A stretch of 64,000 bases of DNA from an uncultured bacterium (GTDB lineage: Bacteria > Verrucomicrobiota > Verrucomicrobiia > Limisphaerales > UBA8199), in contig CAVVMW010000024.1 of the NCBI GenBank assembly GCA_963749495.1, forward strand, positions 32,001 through 96,000. The letters are read 5' to 3'. Position numbers and translations under genes: made by a program. Shown piece by piece: positions 57,347 to 64,000 of this stretch (positions are counted from its first letter, which is position 1; each line of letters starts with the position of its first letter). The notes beneath the pieces are model-generated. The model saw nothing but the letters and a program-made list of their open reading frames with translations, was not told the DNA's origin and ran no database searches.

Positions 57347-57751
57347 TCAGTGGCGCTGGCGCCGCTTGGCTTTGAGCATCGCCAGGGAGTGGGCCAGGGC
57401 GGCGCTCACCATCGCCGCCTGCTCGTCGTCCAGGTGCTCTGCCAGGCGGGCTTCGGCGCGTTGCCGGGCCTCCTCGGCCTTGGCCTCGTCAATGTTCTCC
57501 GCCCGGATGGCCATGTCGGTCAGGATGGCAACGCGCTGGCCCGTGATTTCCACGAACCCCTCGCCGACGGCCAGGGAATAGTCGCGCCCGCCCCTGCGGG
57601 CGATGATTTCCCCCGGAACCAATTGGGTGAGCAGCGGGACGTGCTGCGGGTAAATGCCCATCTCCCCCTCGATGCCCGGCAGCGAGACCATCTCCACGTC
57701 CTCCGAGTAGGCCGTTCCGTCCGGCGTCACGATTTCCAGTCGCAGTGTCAT
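57347..57751 (-). CDS. atpC: ATP synthase epsilon subunit
   Basis: LEIVTPDG, PGIEGEMGIYPQH. Confidence 0.96.
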   Translation of the reverse strand: MTLRLEIVTPDGTAYSEDVEMVSLPGIEGEMGIYPQHVPLLTQLVPGEIIARRGGRDYSLAVGEGFVEITGQRVAILTDMAIRAENIDEAKAEEARQRAEARLAEHLDDEQAAMVSAALAHSLAMLKAKRRQRH

Positions 57752-57766
57752 CGTCTGGATTGCAGT

Positions 57767-60071
<2,305 letters not shown>

Positions 60072-60079
<8 letters not shown>

Positions 60080-61616
60080 GAGTCCGATAGGAGGTCTGCT
60101 TAAACTCCATCACCGCCGCCTTGAGGTCGGCGATGAGGGGGTCGCTGAGGGCTCTTTCCTTGGCGATGCGCGCCAGCAGCTCCGTCTTGCGGCTGGTCAG
60201 GTAGTCGGTGAGTTTGGCCTGGAGGTCCTTGATGCGGTCCACCGGGACGTCGTCCATGAACCCGTTTTGGACGGTCCAGAGCAGGGCGACCTGGACCTCG
60301 ACGAGGATGGGGTTGTATTGGGGCTGTTTGAAGACCTCGACGATGCGCTTGCCGCGCTCGATCTGGGACTGGGTCTTGGCATCGAGGTCGGAGCCGAACT
60401 GGGCGAAGGCGGCCAGTTCGCGGAACTGGGCCAGTTCGAGCTTGGTGCGGCCGGCGACCTGTTTCATGGCCTTGACCTGGGCGGCGGAGCCCACGCGCGA
60501 GACCGAGATGCCCACCGAGATGGCAGGGCGGATGCCCTGGTAGAAGAGGTCGGTCTCCAGGAAGATTTGGCCGTCGGTGATCGAGATGACATTGGTGGGG
60601 ATGTAGGCCGAGACGTCGCCCGCCTGCGTCTCGATGATCGGCAGGGCGGTGAGCGAGCCGTTGCCGTACTTCTCGTTGAGCCGGGCGGCCCGCTCCAGCA
60701 ACCGGCTGTGGAGGTAAAAGACGTCGCCCGGATAGGCCTCGCGGCCCGAAGGGCGCCTGAGGATGAGCGAGACCTGGCGATAGGCGACGGCGTGCTTGGA
60801 CAGGTCGTCGTAAATGATCAGGGCGTCCATGCCGTTGTCCATGAACCACTCGCCCATGGCGGCGCCGGCGAAGGGGGCCAGGTACTGGTTGGTGGCCGAT
60901 TCGGCGGCGGTGGCCGAGACGACAATGGTGTAGGGCATGGCGTTGGCCTCCTCCAGCACGCTGATGACCCGCGCGACATTGGACTGTTTCTGGCCCACGG
61001 CAACATAGATGCAGTAAAGCGGGCGGTAGTCTTTGTCCTTGGCCTCCTCGGCCGCGCGGTTCAGGCGGGCCTGGCTCAGAACCGTGTCAATCCCCAGCGT
61101 CGTCTTGCCGGTCGAGCGGTCGCCGATAATCAGCTCGCGCTGGCCGCGGCCAATCGGGATCATGGCATCCACTGCCATAATGCCCGTTTGCACCGGCTGG
61201 TTCACCGGCTGGCGCTTGATGATGCCCGGGGCGATCTTCTCGACCGGGTAGGCCACCTCGCTGCGGACCGGTCCCTTGCCATCGAGCGGCTGGCCCAGGG
61301 CGTTGACCACCCGGCCCAGCAAACCCTTGCCCACCGGCACCTGCAAGAGCTTGCCGGTCGTCCGCACCTCGTCCCCTTCCTGGATCGCCGTGTAGTCGCC
61401 CAGGATAATGGCGCCCACCTCGGTCTCCTCCAGGTTCAACGCCAACCCCACCACCCCCTTGCCGAAGTCGAGCATCTCGTTCAGCATGGCATCGGTCAGA
61501 CCCTCGACGCGGGCGACACCATCGCCAATCTCGCGCACCACCCCGACGTTCTGCCGGACGGTGCCGGCCTTGACCCCGGCGATTTGGGCTTCAATTTCCT
61601 GCAGTAGGTTGCTCAT
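60072..61616 (-). CDS. atpA: ATP synthase alpha subunit
   Basis: [27 protein letters not shown]. Confidence 0.98.
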
Positions 61617-61626
61617 AATATCTGAG

Positions 61627-62034
61627 TTAAGCGGCCTCCTGATCGAACCGCTCCTGGACCTGCGCCAGCCGGGCCTTGATGCTCCCGTCATAGACGTCGC
61701 TGCCCACCCTGATGCGCAGGCCGCCGATGAGGGCCGGGTTGCGAGCGAAGGTGAAAGACAAACCGGGTCCGTAGGCGCGGCCGAGTGCGGCCTGGACGCG
61801 GTCCTGCAAATCGGGGGGCAAGGGGGCCGCGCTCTCGATGCGGGCGGTCCGGCGCTCGACTTCGAGTTTCACCAGGCGCTGAAAATGGCTCAGGATTGCA
61901 AGGTACCGCCGCGCGTGGGTCTGGAGCAGGCGCCGCACGCCCGCCCGGGCGCGCTCCGGGTCCAGCAACCCGTCGGTCAGGCAACTGCGAAACAGATCTT
62001 TGGCCTCGCGCCTGGATTGTTTGGAAATCTTCAT
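61627..62034 (-). CDS. atpH: ATP synthase delta subunit (short form)
   Basis: [25 protein letters not shown]; operon position. Confidence 0.9.
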   Translation of the reverse strand: MKISKQSRREAKDLFRSCLTDGLLDPERARAGVRRLLQTHARRYLAILSHFQRLVKLEVERRTARIESAAPLPPDLQDRVQAALGRAYGPGLSFTFARNPALIGGLRIRVGSDVYDGSIKARLAQVQERFDQEAA

Positions 62035-62570
62035 GCGACGGAGCGGGCTGTCTCTTCGGCCAGCCGGCGCTCATCCTCAGGGGTGAGAATCTTGCCGGTG
62101 ACGGTGGCGGTCGTTTGGAGGACCAGCCGTCCCACCTCGCGTTTGAGTTCGGCCAGCATGCGGGCATGGTCCAGGGCGGCGGCCTCGCGCGCCTTGGCGA
62201 GGATCTGCTCGGCGGCGGCGATGGCCTTCTGGGTTTCCCGCTCCTGCACGCGCGCCGCCGCCTGGCGGGCCTCCTGGATGAGGCGGGTCGCCTGCTCATT
62301 GGCCTGGGCCATGACCTGGAGGCGCTGGGCCTCGGTGCGGGCCAGTTCGGCCTTGATCTTCTCGGCATCGGCCAGGCCCTCGGCGATGCGCTGGCGGCGC
62401 TCCTCCAGCATCGCCAGCACACGGCGGTAGGCCAGGAAGTAAAGAGCGACGCAGACGATAACGAAACTGATTGTCTGGGCGATGAGGTGGGCCATGTCCA
62501 CCCCGAAGGTCCTGGCAATCTGTTCGACGGGCCCTTCGCCCGCCTGAGCCAACACAATGAGTTGATTCAT
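62031..62570 (-). CDS. atpF: ATP synthase b subunit
   Basis: N-terminal TM then LEERRQRI coiled coil. Confidence 0.93.
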   Translation of the reverse strand: MNQLIVLAQAGEGPVEQIARTFGVDMAHLIAQTISFVIVCVALYFLAYRRVLAMLEERRQRIAEGLADAEKIKAELARTEAQRLQVMAQANEQATRLIQEARQAAARVQERETQKAIAAAEQILAKAREAAALDHARMLAELKREVGRLVLQTTATVTGKILTPEDERRLAEETARSVA

Positions 62571-62908
62571 ATCAATAGTATGCCGGAGTTCATCCGGGCG
62601 GCAGCGCCAGGCGCAAGGCCCAACCGGCCTTGCGCCCGGCGTCGTTGACTCGGTTCAGACGCCGGCGCTCCATCTTCGTTTAGGGCGTTGCCCTTGACCA
62701 GGAACAAGGCGTAGAACACGATGGCCTCGGCGAAGGCGATGGCCAGGATCGACTGGACCAGGATCTTGGTGGCCGCGCCGGGATTGCGCCCCACCGCCTC
62801 CGAGGCCTTCATGCCGATGAACCCCACGCCGAGGGCCGCGCCCAGCGCCGCCAGGCCCACGTGCAGGTTGCCGGTCAGTCCCTGTGCCAACATTGGCATT
62901 AACGACAT
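62567..62908 (-). CDS. atpE: ATP synthase c subunit; true stop may be TAA 62680-62682
   Basis: GAALGVG, AVGRNP, AFAEAIVFY. Confidence 0.9.
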   Translation of the reverse strand: MSLMPMLAQGLTGNLHVGLAALGAALGVGFIGMKASEAVGRNPGAATKILVQSILAIAFAEAIVFYALFLVKGNALNEDGAPASEPSQRRRAQGRLGLAPGAAARMNSGILLI

Positions 62909-62988
62909 ATATGTTTTCCTTTCTGTTCTATTGCCCGGCGGCTCCCGCGAGTGAACACGGTCCAGCCGCCGAAATTGTGAGTCTCAAT

Positions 62989-63933
62989 TCAATGGTGCGC
63001 CGCCTCGGCGCCCTCTTCGTGGGCGCAAATGAGCATCGTGAAGACGGCCGTCAGCAGCATGAAAACCAGCGCCTGGACGAACCCGACCAGTAATTCCATG
63101 AAATAGAACGGGATGGGCAGCAGCCAGCCCAGGCCGGGCACCAGCTTCGACATCGCCTCGAGCATGTTCTCACCGGCAAAGATATTGCCAAAGAGACGGA
63201 AGCTCAGCGAGACCGGGCGGAACAGGATCGAGATGACCTCGAGCCATCCCACCACGAAGAACACAATCACCATGAGGAGCTTGAGCGGGCCCCGGGTCTC
63301 GCCCTTGGGCGCGAACAGGTGCATCAGGAAGCCGATGGGGCCGATCTCCCGCAGCGCCCAGAAGACCCAGCAGGCGAAAAAAACCAGGGCCATGGCAAGG
63401 GTCATGTTCAAATCCGCGTTGGCGCCGCGCAACCAAGGGTCATCCACGACAAAGCCGCGCGGCGTTTGGTGGCCCCAGCCCACGCTGCCCACCCCGGGCA
63501 CCAGGCTCAGCCAGTTGGCCGCCAGGATGAATATGAAGATCGTCGCGAAAAACCAGAATGTCCGCTTCACCAGGTGCCCTCCGATGATCCCCTCTAGAAA
63601 TCCGTAAAGGTCCTCCACCATCCATTCCCAGAAGTTCTGCAAGCCGTCGGGCACGCGCTTCATCCTCCGCGTGGCGGCCTGGGCGAAGAGGATCAGCCCC
63701 GCCGCAACCACCCAGGTCACCACCATCGAGTTGGTGATGGGAAAATCGCCCCAGGGCATGGGGATGCGTGCAATCTCGACCGCGCGCTGGGGCAGGGCGT
63801 GCTCCTCCCGCTCCGCCGTGCCAGCCGCCGCCGCTCCCGCCTGGGACGCCGCAACGGGCGGTTCGGCGCTCCAGCCCAATCGAGGCGCTCCTGCCAGAAG
63901 GACCCACACCATTATGATTCTGAGTAATCGCAT
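62989..63933 (-). CDS. atpB: ATP synthase a subunit with signal-peptide-like N-terminus
   Basis: RPVSLSFRLFGNIFAGE, VQALVFMLLT. Confidence 0.95.
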   Translation of the reverse strand: MRLLRIIMVWVLLAGAPRLGWSAEPPVAASQAGAAAAGTAEREEHALPQRAVEIARIPMPWGDFPITNSMVVTWVVAAGLILFAQAATRRMKRVPDGLQNFWEWMVEDLYGFLEGIIGGHLVKRTFWFFATIFIFILAANWLSLVPGVGSVGWGHQTPRGFVVDDPWLRGANADLNMTLAMALVFFACWVFWALREIGPIGFLMHLFAPKGETRGPLKLLMVIVFFVVGWLEVISILFRPVSLSFRLFGNIFAGENMLEAMSKLVPGLGWLLPIPFYFMELLVGFVQALVFMLLTAVFTMLICAHEEGAEAAHH

Positions 63934-64000
63934 GTGCGCAAACAAACCGCCAAAGCTGTTCGAGGGGGAGACCCTGGCCTCGATCCACTGCCGACCCGGG

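Overview
GC-rich bacterial chromosomal segment, most likely Verrucomicrobiota (Pedosphaerales-like). That placement is an inference from the tandem UvrA units, the prepilin-type gene, the GYF_2/DUF4339 cluster and the C-terminal tail of the large Ig-repeat protein. The backbone carries def, parB, leuD, a GH27 glycosidase, rpsB-tsf, araA, two uvrA units, rnd, an acyl-CoA ligase, ndk, mutT, ugd and atpBEFHAGDC. Main accessory features: (i) a ~9.3 kb decayed island (20727-30039) bounded by 71-bp direct repeats that duplicate the promoter and first ~10 codons of a GYF_2 gene, carrying a serine resolvase with its res-like site, a VapBC pair, a MITE and gene fragments; (ii) an IS1-remnant islet; (iii) a REP-flanked Y1/HUH transposase plus several gene-less REPIN-like families; (iv) 6/7/8/9/15-nt tandem microrepeats, some in frame inside uvrA; (v) a Uma2 nuclease gene with its own promoter between the two UvrA units. 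At least eight genes have a -35/-10 promoter 6-7 nt from the start codon, suggesting common leaderless translation. Several conserved genes (atpG, ndk, both uvrA units, the PQQ protein, the resolvase) have 1-nt frameshifts mostly in homopolymers, probably sequencing errors. No tRNA, rRNA, CRISPR array or reverse transcriptase was recognised. All family assignments come from motif recognition by eye, not database searches.
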